This document shows positions 1-12,317 of a stretch of DNA of 56,394 nucleotides, in pieces (positions within the stretch are counted from its first letter, which is position 1; every line of letters begins with the position of its first letter). The notes beneath the pieces were generated by a model. That model searched no databases. It was given only the letters and a program-made list of their open reading frames with translations, and had not been told where the DNA came from. This DNA is from Psammoneis japonica (Eukaryota), in assembly GCA_008632985.1 (NCBI GenBank), contig QPGO01000321.1, forward strand, positions 1 through 56,394, in the 5' to 3' direction. Made by a program: the position numbers and the translations under genes.

Positions 1-1520
1 CATGGAACGTTCCATGGTTTGTCCGTAAGCGAGCACCGATCTCCAAATGCCTTTAATGTCGTCGACAGACTCTGAGAACATAGGAATGGCGGTAGCCTGG
101 TGACAGGAGGGTTCCAATAAAGACGACGACTCTGCATAAGGATATGCGCAAGGCTGAGAAGAGTCTTCCCGAAGGTCACCAAGCATGGTAGGAAAAGTAC
201 GTTCAAACCTCTTCCTCCACGAGTCGGATGAAGACAGGAGCGGCTGCTTGAAGCGCTCAGAGTGTAAGTGTTTCCTTTCAGATTTCCGCGCTTTCGATGC
301 CCGACCTGTCGACATGTCCACAACTACTGCCAAGCGAGCCATCTCCGTATTGCCTTGATGTTGCAGATGGAGGTACTCGAGAATGTATGGGTCATCCTCT
401 GAACTTGTCGCGGGTAGCTGTGGATGAGAATTCGTTGGTCGAGACAGAAATGTCCATTGCGGTTCTTCCTTGGCGACGGACTCGTCGCCGTCACTGTCGT
501 CAAACTTTCGCTTTCGTACCTTGCGACCACGCTTGGTGGAAGTGACGACTCCGCCACTGCCTCGACGGGAAGGCTGGGATGATGCCCCGTAGTGGCTAAT
601 CATTTGTTGTTTCCAAGCTTCCTCAGCCGCAAACACATCCTTCTCTGGCTGCGACGGGCGCAGCAAACGCTGGCATAGGTGCATAAAGTCGTTTGTATCA
701 GCGTCTTTGGCTGAACTACGACGGTGAACACATAATCCACCACGTTTGGTTGGTGGTCGGTCATGGGTACGTTTGGTACCTTTGTGTACACCACGACGAT
801 GAGCCGGATTGGAATCGACGGTGGAGGCGTCTGTGGCAAACAAACAACCAAGAAACGCCGTAGAACGAGTATAAGTAAGGGAATCAACACATGGGCGGAG
901 CAACAGCGAGAAATAACGTCTTGAAAGTCGAAAGAGCGGGAAAACTATCTGCTACGTCGCAAATGTACCGCTGAAGACGTGGAAGAAGAAACGCAGCAAC
1001 GAAAGAAGGCATGGGTCCGGGGACGCGTTTTGACAAGTCTAAAGCCGAGGCAAAGCTCATGTTGATACTATCATCACAAGTGGTGGAAGCATCGAACTTA
1101 TGCCTGGGATCTTGGCGTCTTCGCCATCCATGGCAGAAAAATAACGAAGTCACGGGTTCGCTGACGGCGAGGGCGTGGCAATACATACAGATGGACAAGT
1201 AGGATCGTTCCAGGCGAGTAAAACAGAAATTTACACAGAAGTGACAAATATGACTCACCTAACGATCGTTTTGTCCCAGAAATCACTTCTTGTTCTGTAG
1301 CGAAAGGCATTTCAGCCGACATGCGAATCGGCAGAGGTCGAGACGACACAAAAGACTTGAGTGGGTTCTTTGCAACCTTTGTCTGAAAGTTCGAGCCCAA
1401 TCGAGGCTTCAAACGCTTAAAACGCACAGGTGACGGGTTGCTTTCGGATAGCTGCTGTCTTATCCATCTGTCTTCGTCTTCTTCGCTCTGTTGAGCGGGT
1501 GAACTATCAGGCTTTGCCAT
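1..1520 (-). CDS. Partial multi-exon hypothetical protein running off the left window edge; possible ELM2-like motif in the first exon
   Basis: ATG at 1520 (MAKPDSSP...RLGSNFQTKV), GTGAGT donor at ~1258. A stop-free minus frame runs from a ..CCACAG acceptor near 831 to position 1 (..KRGRKVRKRKFDDSDGD..). Middle exon structure unresolved. Confidence 0.45.
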
Positions 1521-1976
1521 GGTCGTGTTTTGCACGGAAAATGTGGTGGCTTTGCCAGGAAATGTAAAAGCAAACAGACAAGCGGCGATTTTGCTGGCAC
1601 GTGGACCTCCTACTGTGCTCTACGCACGTGCCTGAAGTCGTACCTCATACGAGATTATATAAATATGTCCATACCGTAATTTATTTAATGTTATCGCTGT
1701 AGACTCACTGGTGCTTCTACGTACACATTCTTCAGTACTGTAGTTACGGGCTGTATTTTAAACGACGAGAATTGGCATTCCATATTCCATGATCCATGTT
1801 GGTGAGAACGTCCGGTCCAGCCGTCGTACGTTCCACCTTCCACTCGAACGCAACTTCCAAACTTCCAAACTTGCGGGTGTGATTTGTGTTTGACCATGAA
1901 GTTCTGCTCTCGTCTAGAGCAACGGGATGCTCGCATCGACGAAGTGAAACTCTCTTCCCTGTAACTCAGTAGAGCG

Positions 1977-4634
1977 ATGGCTTCTCGAAGAAGTCAGTCG
2001 CCATGGCGCAGGGCAGCTGCTCGATCAAGATCAGTGCCCCGAGTTTTTCTCACCTCATCGAGTGATGACGATGCCGACAAACGAGGTGGTGTTTCTGCTG
2101 GGCTCCTGGTTTGGTTGCTGACCCCACAGCACCGGCAAAAGGACAGGACGGCACAGCCGGCATCTTCTAAGAAGCACCGTCCTCTCTTGCGACGAACTCC
2201 TTTCTTGACATTGTTGCTGATTCGGCTGGATGATTGCATACAAAGCTATTGTGAGAAATTGGTAGATCCAACGGTGAAGAACGCTGCTGCGGCATCTGCA
2301 GTACTCGAAGCAACAGCCATGACTGCATCGTCTCCGACGAGTAGCCCTTCTTCTGCGTCAACTCCGACAAACACACCACCTTCTCCAGCCTCTCCCAGAA
2401 GCACCGCGTCGGAAAGAGCGATTGAAGGAGAGTGTCAGAATACGTTTCGCCTCTCATGTTGCTTGCCGGAGCCGAAGCTATCTATGCCAAAATGGAGCAC
2501 GTGCTTGACATGGAACAGTATGGAGCTAGTAACAAACTGCTGTCACTCTATCAGAAAATTGAAAATGATCTCGTAATTGTAAAGGAGACACTGTGCAAGC
2601 CATTTATGGGCAGCGAACCTGAGATGGATACACGCAGCGCTGAAAAGCATTCCGAACTATCTACACATATCATGTCGAATAAGGCTGCATTGTCTCTCGC
2701 CGGTGCGCTTGACACTTTCATGGTTGTCACGAGTGTAAGACGAGAACTGCTCATGTTGCATTCACGACATTTTTCTCGCTTCCAAGGAGAAAGATTTGTT
2801 GGAGCTCTCTGTGCGATGTCGTTCGCTACTCAAGAACCTCCCCGAATCTACCGGCAGCAGCCAGGCTTGTGAGCTGTAATGATGATGATTCAGAGTATTA
2901 AGTCTGAAACCAAGGCCATGGCTGCTGCACTGGCAACGGCTTATCATTTGCAACGTTGTAGGTAAGGAGCATTGTTTCGTTACGTCTCGTCGAGAACCGC
3001 ATGGTATACTGTGAGACCTTTGATCGACTTGTTCATGGGTTCTCAAATCAACCTTGCGTAGAATAGTCATTGCAGTCAAAAAGCACTCATTGTGGCCGAG
3101 AAACATGCACTTCTTTCAAGTTCTTCGCAGACGCCCCCTTCTTGTCGCTCTCACTCTTGCAACCGACAGATGTGCAAAATGTATGTCTAGTGACGTTGCT
3201 GTGATATTTGGCCGGAACATGGGGTGGTCAGTGTTGAATGAGTCTGAAACGCTTGTATCGATTTTACGGCGGTCCAATGAGCCGTCGTACTTGCTTACAT
3301 CTTCTCCTTTGAGTTATTGATCTTTCTTACCATTTTTTACTATTTTCGACACAAGCTTTATGGAAACCGTTGTGAATGCAAATGTTCTCAAGGCTCACAT
3401 GCGAAAGAACGCTTCGACGACCCTTCAAATGTGGTTTCGTAGCACACTAGAACATCTCTTGTGTGTGATGCAGATATTCTTCGACAGAATCGATGCGTTT
3501 TGTTCTCCTCTATATGGTTTCGACAAGACGGAGATGGCCCTGAAAAACCTGAACGATTCCTCAGAAAGGCTTGGATTGGTTCATGATTTTGATTCCGCAA
3601 CTCTAGAGTTTATACGTCGCCAAGGCGGATCACCAATGGCTGTCGGCCTTGTTATAGACGCAGTTCAAGCATCTTGTTATCACGTTGGTCGCGGTTTCGA
3701 AAACGAAGGGCGACACATAGAAACATTGACGGAGCAGTTTCCTGCAGTCTACATGAGAACAACTGTTCACTGTAGTTCTAGCGGCCCGGGCACATTGTCT
3801 TCTGGAGTAAGAGGCAAGTTGGGTATTGCATCCGGTGCATTTCGACCCTCACAAAAGATTCTTAAAAACTCAAGTAGACGTGACGTCTCAGAAGACGAGG
3901 ACCACGCTTCGGGTTTACGACTGTCTTGGTCTGTTGATGGTGGGACCCCAAAGATTAGAAAGCGTAAAGACGCCCGCACGAACGTTCTTGAATACCCACC
4001 AGACTCAGGATCGCCCTCATGGCCTTATGTGGAGTGGGACACTCTTGTGCCTAGTCTGGCAAAGGTGATGCTCCCGAGTTCTGTTGAGACAAGCGAATCC
4101 TTGGTTGAAACTTCCTATACAAACAAAATACAAATGTTTCGACCATCCGATCCTCCTTCGCAAGGGAGCATTGTGGTGGGTGCAGGTTCTGACGGCAAAA
4201 GCAACGCCGGAGGCGCGTCTCCTCCAAAATCCCCGTTATCAATGCCTTGGGTATCTGATGCAGTTCCCAGCAAAGACGTAGGTTCTCCTCCCGCTGTACG
4301 ACGCTCCTCGGGCTCTTCTGTTCATCATGTGGCGCGGCTGAATGAATTCATGTGGTTGATTGTCATGGTTAAAGAAGAAGAATCTAGATGGAACCTACGA
4401 AGATCCAGAGGGAATAGTGACGAAGACATTCACGCCTTCATGGATGACATGTTGTCTAACTTGGGTGTCGATAGGCTTTTCCTTGGAGAGAATGTGATGA
4501 CCGCGAGCAAGAAAGTGAAATCGTCTGGAGCCGAGACTCGCTTGATCAGCTTGAAGAGCTTCGTAGATGACGATGAATTCCAGTTTTTAAGTAAATTGAA
4601 GAAACTTTTGGCTTGCGGCCACAAAGCCCCTTGA
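1977..4634 (+). CDS. KICSTOR subunit 2 (C12orf66/KICS2)-like protein, split by intron(s) and apparent frameshifts
   Basis: Successive ORFs 1977-2576, 2432-2872 and 3360-4634 give motifs in the order I recall for KICS2: LAGAEAIYAKM, LLSLYQKIENDL, WFRSTLEHLLCVMQIFFD, YHVGRGF, FPAVY, WP..W, HVARLNEFMWLIVMV, SDEDIHAFMDDMLSNL. Recalled similarity, not searched. Confidence 0.5.
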
Positions 4635-5068
4635 TGCCTTTGCTTAAGAGCCGGTACCAAGTTGGCGTGTCGGAACAGCGGGGACGCGGCTCAATCACCC
4701 CATCGAGCTCGTCTTACTCCGATGACCTGTTCAACAGCGCTGTTGCCCTTTTCTTCGGCGAAGAGCTGGCGTCTCTCCTCTGGTCCTCGGGTTATTTTTG
4801 ATACCTTTTGGTGCGTGCGTCAGCGACAACGCCTCCTACCTGGTCGAGTTCTCTGCTCTATTCACCGCACGTCTACGTGCGAGTGTGAAGCATTTCAGCG
4901 GGGTGCTGTCACCTTAGTACAACGGTGGTAGCGTCACCGATATATCTCGATCTTTTTTTTCTGAGACAGGTGATGCATTCTTCTCAATGACCGTGAACTC
5001 CTGATGGCCTTTGGCAAAGCAATCTTTACACTATTCTACAATGGAAATCCGACGTAACGCGTGTAACT

Positions 5069-5830
5069 CTAGTACTTCCTTAATCTGTCAAGCTTATTCT
5101 TCTCCGGCGAAGTATCACCCAAAACAACTACAGAGGCCTCCGTATTGCTACTCGGGGTAGATTCTTCCGATATGTCTACAGCTGGCATCTCAACGGTATC
5201 CTCGCCGGAAGTCCCGCCACTCGTGATAACTTGCAAGAGCTCCGCCACAGCAACTGCAACTGCATCTCCAGCTGACTGCCTCGGCTCAATTTCGGCGATT
5301 GCCGCTTTTGCCGTGATGCTGCCGTCATAAATGACTTTCATAATGCCCGGTAGGTAACGATTCATCGTAAAGGCACTTTTACCAATAAGTTCATCAATCA
5401 TCTTCTCCACCAACTTTCCTCCAACGTATTCGATTGATGCTTTGTAACGAATCTCTCCGTCCGCAAAGTCCATTTCAAAATTGCCAATCATAATACCGTA
5501 GTTTGCACGTGTTATGAATTCTGCAATCTCAAGACGCCTTTCACTAGGGACCCTAGTATGACAAATGACGTATACGATCAAGATTTGATCTTCTTCTTTT
5601 AGGTCCATGACAACGGGGCAAATGCCGTTCACGCCATTGTAATGAGTGCGAACCAGGGCTCTGTCCTCGTCAACCGAGTATGCCCAATCTCGCTTTTTAA
5701 GATGGGCAACAATCTTTTTCAAGTCGCTCATAGTAGTCTCACCTGCACTTTGCATCGGTCTTGCGAGACTCTTCTTCCTGACCTTCTTGATTGTCCGACA
5801 TGGTGGACTCTTCGCGATGTTTTTCTCCAC
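5069..5830 (-). CDS. YbjN-domain (bacterial sensory-transduction-regulator-like) protein; true start probably an internal ATG (~5755 or ~5731)
   Basis: Intronless ORF with RRLEIAEFITRANYGIMIGNFEMDFADGEIRYKASI, typical of YbjN-family proteins. Confidence 0.7.
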   Translation of the reverse strand: MEKNIAKSPPCRTIKKVRKKSLARPMQSAGETTMSDLKKIVAHLKKRDWAYSVDEDRALVRTHYNGVNGICPVVMDLKEEDQILIVYVICHTRVPSERRLEIAEFITRANYGIMIGNFEMDFADGEIRYKASIEYVGGKLVEKMIDELIGKSAFTMNRYLPGIMKVIYDGSITAKAAIAEIEPRQSAGDAVAVAVAELLQVITSGGTSGEDTVEMPAVDISEESTPSSNTEASVVVLGDTSPEKNKLDRLRKY

Positions 5831-5998
5831 TAAGCGCTGAAAGAAGTTCGCGAAGCGGTCCGTTTGGGTGACTGGAAGGCATTCTCACGATCGGCTACAA
5901 AATTCCAAAACAAAGAAAGATGTAGAAACCTCAACTGTGGTTCAGAGTGCTGCTGGTTGAATTATGAGAGCAACAAAATGAACAAAAGGCAGTTGATA

Positions 5999-6140
5999 GC
6001 CGAAGTCGCGGGTCGAATGAAATTGAAAGTCGATCGCGGGACGAATGAATGAACAAAAGATATCGTAGTTGATATAATCTAGAGAGCCGAAGTCGCGGGA
6101 CGAATGAATTGAAAGTCGGTCGCGGGCGGGACGAATGAAT
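5999..6140. repeat. Two ~52-55 bp direct repeats, each holding two copies of a GCGGG(A/T)CGAATGAA core, in the divergent YbjN/FMO intergenic region
   Basis: Copies at 5999-6050 and 6086-6140 read directly. Confidence 0.85.
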
Positions 6141-6565
6141 GTATGTATGAATCGTAAGCACGATTGGACTTGCCGTCGTCCGTCAGTAAGGATTTCGGAC
6201 CTACCGTACAGTAACTCCCTGACCGGTACCGACCAAACTCCCGCCAAATAAAAACACGCACTCGATGAGCAGTTTCAAGTTCCAAGTTGGTCGAGATTAT
6301 CCTCTCTCGTAGTCGCTCGTGTTCTAAAAAAAAGGGAAAAGAATTGAATCCACAAAGGAGTTGATGAGATTGCGCTCTTTTGTTGGTTTATCCGGGGATC
6401 AGTTGTTTTAGGGGTGCTGAGTACGGTGTCGTGATTCCTCCAAGACATTGAAGATACCGGCGAATGAGAAGAACAGTCATCGGCTGCTGTTTGCTGTTCT
6501 CATTGGCGTCGTTTATTTCTCCCGCCGTCAGTTTTTCAAGTCTCGGCGAGGAAAGTCGGTTGAAA

Positions 6566-8082
6566 ATGAGTGCATCGTCTTCCTCCTTGAAGGTCGCTGT
6601 AATAGGTGCGGAGCTGCAGGTTTAGCTGCGGCTCGGGTCTTGTCGAGGAACGGCATTGAACCGTTGGTACTGGAGAAAGAGTTGTGGTCAGGTGGTGTGT
6701 GGCATCATATCCGAAACGATCCTTCTCGTCCTATGTATCAAGGGCTTAGAACGAACCTCCCAAGGGAAATTATGGCATATCGCGAGAAACCGTGGGGGTC
6801 AAATGGAGTTGGCAAAAGGTGAGGAACTCTTGTTCGAGGCATCTGCTCTGTGTTTCCACTTTATATCTAAGAATACTTTGTTACCTATTTCATGAACTGC
6901 TGACTGCAGCTTTGTCACACATGAAGAAGTTCTTTCGTATCTGAGGGACTATGAAAACGATTTTGACCTTTCTCGCTTCATGTCCTACGGATGTAGAGTG
7001 CTGCAATTGACGGTTGAAGATGCGTCTTGGTCCCTTGCATCACCGAGTGTTGTAGGTGGGGACAAAACTGCTGAGAAGTGGCCGAGAATAATGCTCAAAT
7101 GGGAAGAAACGCTCGACAACAAAGAAACGCGAGAACAGTCGGATACCTTTGATGCTGTTTGCATCTGTAATGGGCATTATGCGGCGGCGTCCATCCCTCA
7201 TGTTCATGGTCTGAAGGAACACTTCCAAGGAAAGATTGTTCATTCAATAGAATACGATGATCCGTCTATTTACAGAGATCAGACGGTCTTGTGTGTAGGT
7301 GGACGGGCAAGCGGGTCCGATTTGGCTAGGGAAATCTCACTGTTCGCGAAAACAGTGTATCTATCTGACACTGCGTGTCCGCCATTGGAGAATGGAGAGC
7401 CGCAGAGACTTGGAAACATTACGTGGGTGCCAAAGACCATGTCCGTCGAAGCTGACTCATCGATTCGCTTTGATGATTCTTGCACTCTAGCCCCAAAAGA
7501 CGTCGACACTATTATTTTCTGTTCCGGCTATGACTATTCTTTTCCTTTTATCAACGACAACAGTCAGCTCGATCTTGAGGTTGTTCCTGGTGAGCGTCGA
7601 GTAATGCCTCTTTACGAGCAGCTTTGGCATGCAAAATACCCTTCGCTCAGTTTTGTGGGTCTGCCACACAGTGTTGTACCATTTCCTTTGTTTGAGTTCC
7701 AAGCCGAGGCTATTGCCGCACAGCTTCTTGGTGACGGGTCTCTCCCATCGCTCCAAGATCGTCTTGAAAGCGCCAAACGGGACGCTGTTGTGGGGGGTCA
7801 AAGCAAAATGGCAGAGTCCAGGACACTCACTATCTTGGAAGTGCGCAATGGGATTACTGTAGAACAATGGCAAAGTTTGCGGGTCTATATGACAAGAAAG
7901 TAGAAGACTATATCGCAACCAACAAGGCCATTTATGACTACTCGGGTTCGGAGAGGAAGAGTCTGTTCCCTGGCGGGCCTAACGTATACCGCTCTACTTG
8001 CTATGTCAGAGATGATGAGAATCAATCCTTTTCGGTCGTCTCAACTGACAACAAATGTGAAGCTGAAACATCTGTGAACTAG
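6566..8082 (+). CDS. Flavin-containing monooxygenase (FMO family); one intron (6819-6909) and two apparent 1-bp frameshifts (~6610, ~7797)
   Basis: FAD motif KVAVIGA[G]AAGLAAA, GGVW, MYQGLRTNLPREIM, DAVCICNGHY, FMO motif FQGKIVHSIEY, NADPH motif VGGRASGSD, IIFCSGY. Confidence 0.9.
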
Positions 8083-11000
8083 AGGAAGCGAGCGAATCAT
8101 CGAAGTAGTGCAAGTCCACCCAAGTGATTTATATAGAAGAGTTTTGAAACTACCGGTAGAAGTAGGGCTATGTAGATACAGTTAGTAAGCCCAGAGTGCT
8201 CGTAAAGGGGAAAAATTCAAACTTATGGAGGTTCTAGGTAGTTATGGTCTGAATGACCGTGAATGACGGCTCATTCACGAAGCGCATTCCAAAGGAGGTG
8301 CCCGCACTGCTGTAACTCTAGGCAGTTCGGCTCATGCATTGCTGATCAGCAGTGAGGCTCCTCTGCTGGCAGCCTCACTCATGTTGCCAGCACGTAAACA
8401 AGAACATTCACACTTGTTGTGCATGTTGCACCCTGGGGCAGTGTCAAACAGGTGACACACAGATGAGAGCTCTGGGCTTGACCAGACACTTGTGCTCACT
8501 TTTCTCCTCCCCTCCATGCTCTGTGAAGCCACACATGTTTTGGCCCACCTGGTGAAGTCTTCATCATCTCAAGCAAAAAGCAAACAATGGATGCAAGTCA
8601 AAGGAGGATGGACAGGGAAATGCAACTCGCATCTTGCACCAATGTTTGGCACATGTGGGCAATCCAGAAGCACTGTTTTTTGCTGCACTCCCTGAATTCA
8701 CAGCTCGACAACTTGCAAACAAGATGTGGTGCCACACAACAAATGCTCCTGGCTCTTTCAACTGCATGAAGTGCTGCTCTCCACTCACCACTGACAGTGT
8801 CTTTGAATTCATGTGTGTGCCTCTTGAACAATGGGAGAAGGTCAGAGATGAGTGTGTTGGGGCTCCAATGTCTTCTGGCTGCTCCCCAGCCTCAAGAATC
8901 AGTGCTTGTTCTCCATCACGACCATCAAAAGCATGGTGCTTGACATGCCACCTGTGGAGGCTGTTGTCAATCAGAAGCTGATGTCCATCTCAAGCAGCTG
9001 CCAAAGAACAAGAAGCAACAGCAGCCATGGCAAAATCCAAAGTGACACCCACCCCAATGAAAAAAGAAGAAGAGAGCCCAGAGAAAGGTGCTCTCATCAT
9101 GGAGACCTTGACACCACATGCCAGGGCACACCAGCAGACACCAAAACATTTTCATTCAAGTCTTTTGCATCCTGAATGAACACTCAAAGGAGAGCTGGCA
9201 TTGAGAGCAGTGCACACCGCAAAGTGTTGTTGCCAACAGCTTGGTGGTGCTGTCAAGCCTGTCTGTCAGTTGATTCCCATCACTGTTGCTTTTTAAGCTG
9301 CAATTCTGTTTTACCATGTTCATGTTTCATTTTGAAGATTTGAATGTTTTGAAACAACTTGAATGAATCATCAAGTCATTTGTGATTCATCACGTGTGTT
9401 TGCAGTTGGTCAACATCTCACACTGTCACATTGATGTGTTCTTGTCGAGATTGAAATTTTTACACTCATGCTTGCACACTCCATCTTCTTTCAATTGTTC
9501 CAGGACTTCAATCTTTTCCAACCTGCTTGACACCCTCACAACCACCCTTTTGTGACTTGGTGTTGCTCAATCATGCCATCAAAAAAAGAGGACCCAACAA
9601 GGTGGAGGTCGCAACACTCCTGCCACTGGCACTGATGGCCATGGTGGTGGAGGCAGGACTTGCGGAACTCAAGCTCAAGCTTGACCCCAGCCAAGGCAAG
9701 GCACCAGGATCAGCCCTCAGGGACGAGATCCAGGCTCTTTGGCCCAAGCTGCTCCTCCACAGGCTGGGAACCCAGGATCCACTGCTGCTGCTGCCGCCTC
9801 TGTCAATGAAGAAGCCACTCATCTGATGACGGGGTGGATGACCCACATTCTCTGGCAATTCCACCCAAAGATCTTGAATTTCTCAAGCTCTGCAATGAAC
9901 TCCCTTTCTGCAAGACTGCTGAGCTGCTTGAAGCCTCTGAGCACCACACCACATGCACTCTCTTCTGAAACAGCTTGTCCCATGAGGAGTGCAAAATTTG
10001 GCTGTAGTTTTGCTGGCAAAAGCACGCAGCATTTACAAAAACCAACAGGAAAAGATGTGCAAGCTGCTGCAGCAAATGTGCAATGCCAGAGGGGCAAAAA
10101 CAGCAGCTGCCAACCAAACAATCGCCTCTCTCAAGAAAGCCCAGAAACAAACCCTTCATGCCAGTGAAATGATCACTTTGGAGAGCAACGATGTGAGGAA
10201 AGTGAACACCTCAAAGGCAGGTCATGCTCTTTTTTTCTCTCTTGGTTTTCCATCCAAACAAGAGATGGGGAACATGACAAATTTCCAGTCTCTCCTGGAC
10301 ACCAGTGTAAACTCCAAACATCCCTTTGAAAAGATGGTTTGGGAACCTTTCTTTGTGGAAAAGGACAAGTGTCTGAAGAAAAATGCAACAAACCTGCCTT
10401 TTGTAAAAGGTTTTGGGGGAAGGCAGGCCCCTTGGCCTTGAACTTCATGAGTCAAGAACAAAACACCTCAGCAGCTCACCTTTGATCACAAATTGATCAC
10501 ACTCTGCCATCAAAGGCCTGCAGTGCCTTGTTTCCCACCACCCTGCAAAGCATTTTCAACAAATGTCATGGCTTCTGTGGCTCCAATTCTGGCATTGAAG
10601 GTGATGCTTTTTTTTAATTCTCCTCTGAATGTTCTCTTTGCTGCTCATGACAGTGTTTTTGTCCATCTGTCTTTGACAGGTTGGCACACTCATGCAAACT
10701 TGTTCAACAACTCTTCTGTTGGTGTCAAATTAATGGATGAGGAACACAGAGCTGTTGCTTGCTGTCATGATGCAGTCCATCTCTGCACCACCTGCGACTT
10801 TGGACAGATGGCTCCATTTTTGTGAGTGGAATTCTTCTTGCCTCTTGCTGCCACTCTCCACCTGTGTTGCACTTGAATGCCAGTGAAAGACCATGAGCAG
10901 AACCACAACAAAGTTGCCAAATGCTGCAACAAGAACAACGGGCTGACTGTGTCCCACACAATGGAGAGTGCTGTGCAGGAGGCACTTGCACAGTTGATTG

Positions 11001-12086
11001 CTGTCAAGCTTCTTCTTGCCAATGTGCTCCAGGAACACTGTGATGATTTGATTGACAGCCTGCAAAACATGAAAAATGTGCCAGCTGCACCTGAAAGCAG
11101 CAATCTGGCTGCTGAGGACAGTGCTCGAGAATGTGCTCAATTGCAAAATCATTTCATTGCCAATGTCCCATTGGCAAAATCCAAGCAGCAGCATGCTGCC
11201 CAGGACATTGTGTGTTTCATGAAGCATCACAAAATTGTCATCACATCCAACAGGGTGTTGGATGGTGGCCTGAGAATGAATCTCCAGAAACCCAGATTCC
11301 AGGCACAGGCTTGCCTGTTGTTTGTCAAACAACAATTCAGAGGAACAAAACAAGCCAGCTGCCTGTCACCATTGCTGCAGGTGCCAGAGCTCTGGCAATG
11401 GACATTCCAGCTTGGACAATTCTTGATTTTTTGTCACACAATGAAGGAGCAGGCAACAGCAACCTGGTGCCAGTGGAACAAGTTGATTTCCCACACATTC
11501 TGTGCAGGACAATGACAAGATGCATGAGGACCAAATGGAGCCCAAGGATTTTGGCTGGGACAATGAGAAATTGTTGTCCAAGGCTCAGACATCTGCTGGA
11601 GTTTGATGTTTTGGTCCAGATCTCAGCAATGTTCCAATTGCAGCAATCTTGTCACTTTTCTGCAGCTGCACTTCAGAGTGAGTGCTGTCACCAGAGTGAT
11701 TGTCTTTTCTAAATTGCACAATTTTGGATGTCTCACCAAAATCATGAATGGGTTCCATCCCATCCAACTTGTCACACAGACAGATCCAATCCTCATCAGA
11801 GCTTGCACTCATCAGGTCATGCCACTCATTCTGGTTCTTTTGAATTTGATTTGGTCTGTCACCAATCTTTGTCATGAATGAACAAGGTTCAGCATTGCTT
11901 TTGTGATGCACCTTGTCTGCCACATGCACCATCAGCAAGTTCTGTTTGGTGCACCAAGCAAGGAACAGACAATTGCCATTTTTGTCACACTCATCCATCC
12001 ACTCTGGCTTTGGCACAAGAACACAAGGAATTTGGTTGATTTGCTTGCACAGTTGAATGAGTTGTTCAAATGAGCAAGGCAAGTCA

Positions 12087-12317
12087 TGTTGCCAATCCAT
12101 CATCATCCATGGACTGTTTGACAAACACATGAGCTTCATTGCAACAATGTCAACATTTGGTTTTTTTCTGTTGCCAATTCCATCATCATCCATGGACTGT
12201 TTGACAAACACATGAGCTTCGTTGCAACAATGTCAACATTTGGCATTTTTCTGTTGCCAATCCATCATCCATGGACTGTTTGACAAACACATGAGTTTCA
12301 TTGCAACAATCTCAACA
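12087..12317. repeat. Tandem repeat, ~82-83 bp unit x ~2.8
   Basis: Units start at 12087, 12169 and 12252 (TGTTGCCAATCCATCATC..GGACTGTTTGACAAACACATGAG..). Confidence 0.9.

Noticed and set aside
1..16. Perfect 16-bp palindrome CATGGAACGTTCCATG
   Set aside because: Isolated, inside an open coding frame at the window edge; no supporting context.
6566..8082. Programmed frameshifting or pseudogenisation of FMO
   Set aside because: Breaks fall at G runs and similar breaks recur in unrelated genes; sequencing error is simpler.
12087..12317. CRISPR-like array
   Set aside because: Contiguous tandem units without unique spacers; eukaryotic context; no cas genes.
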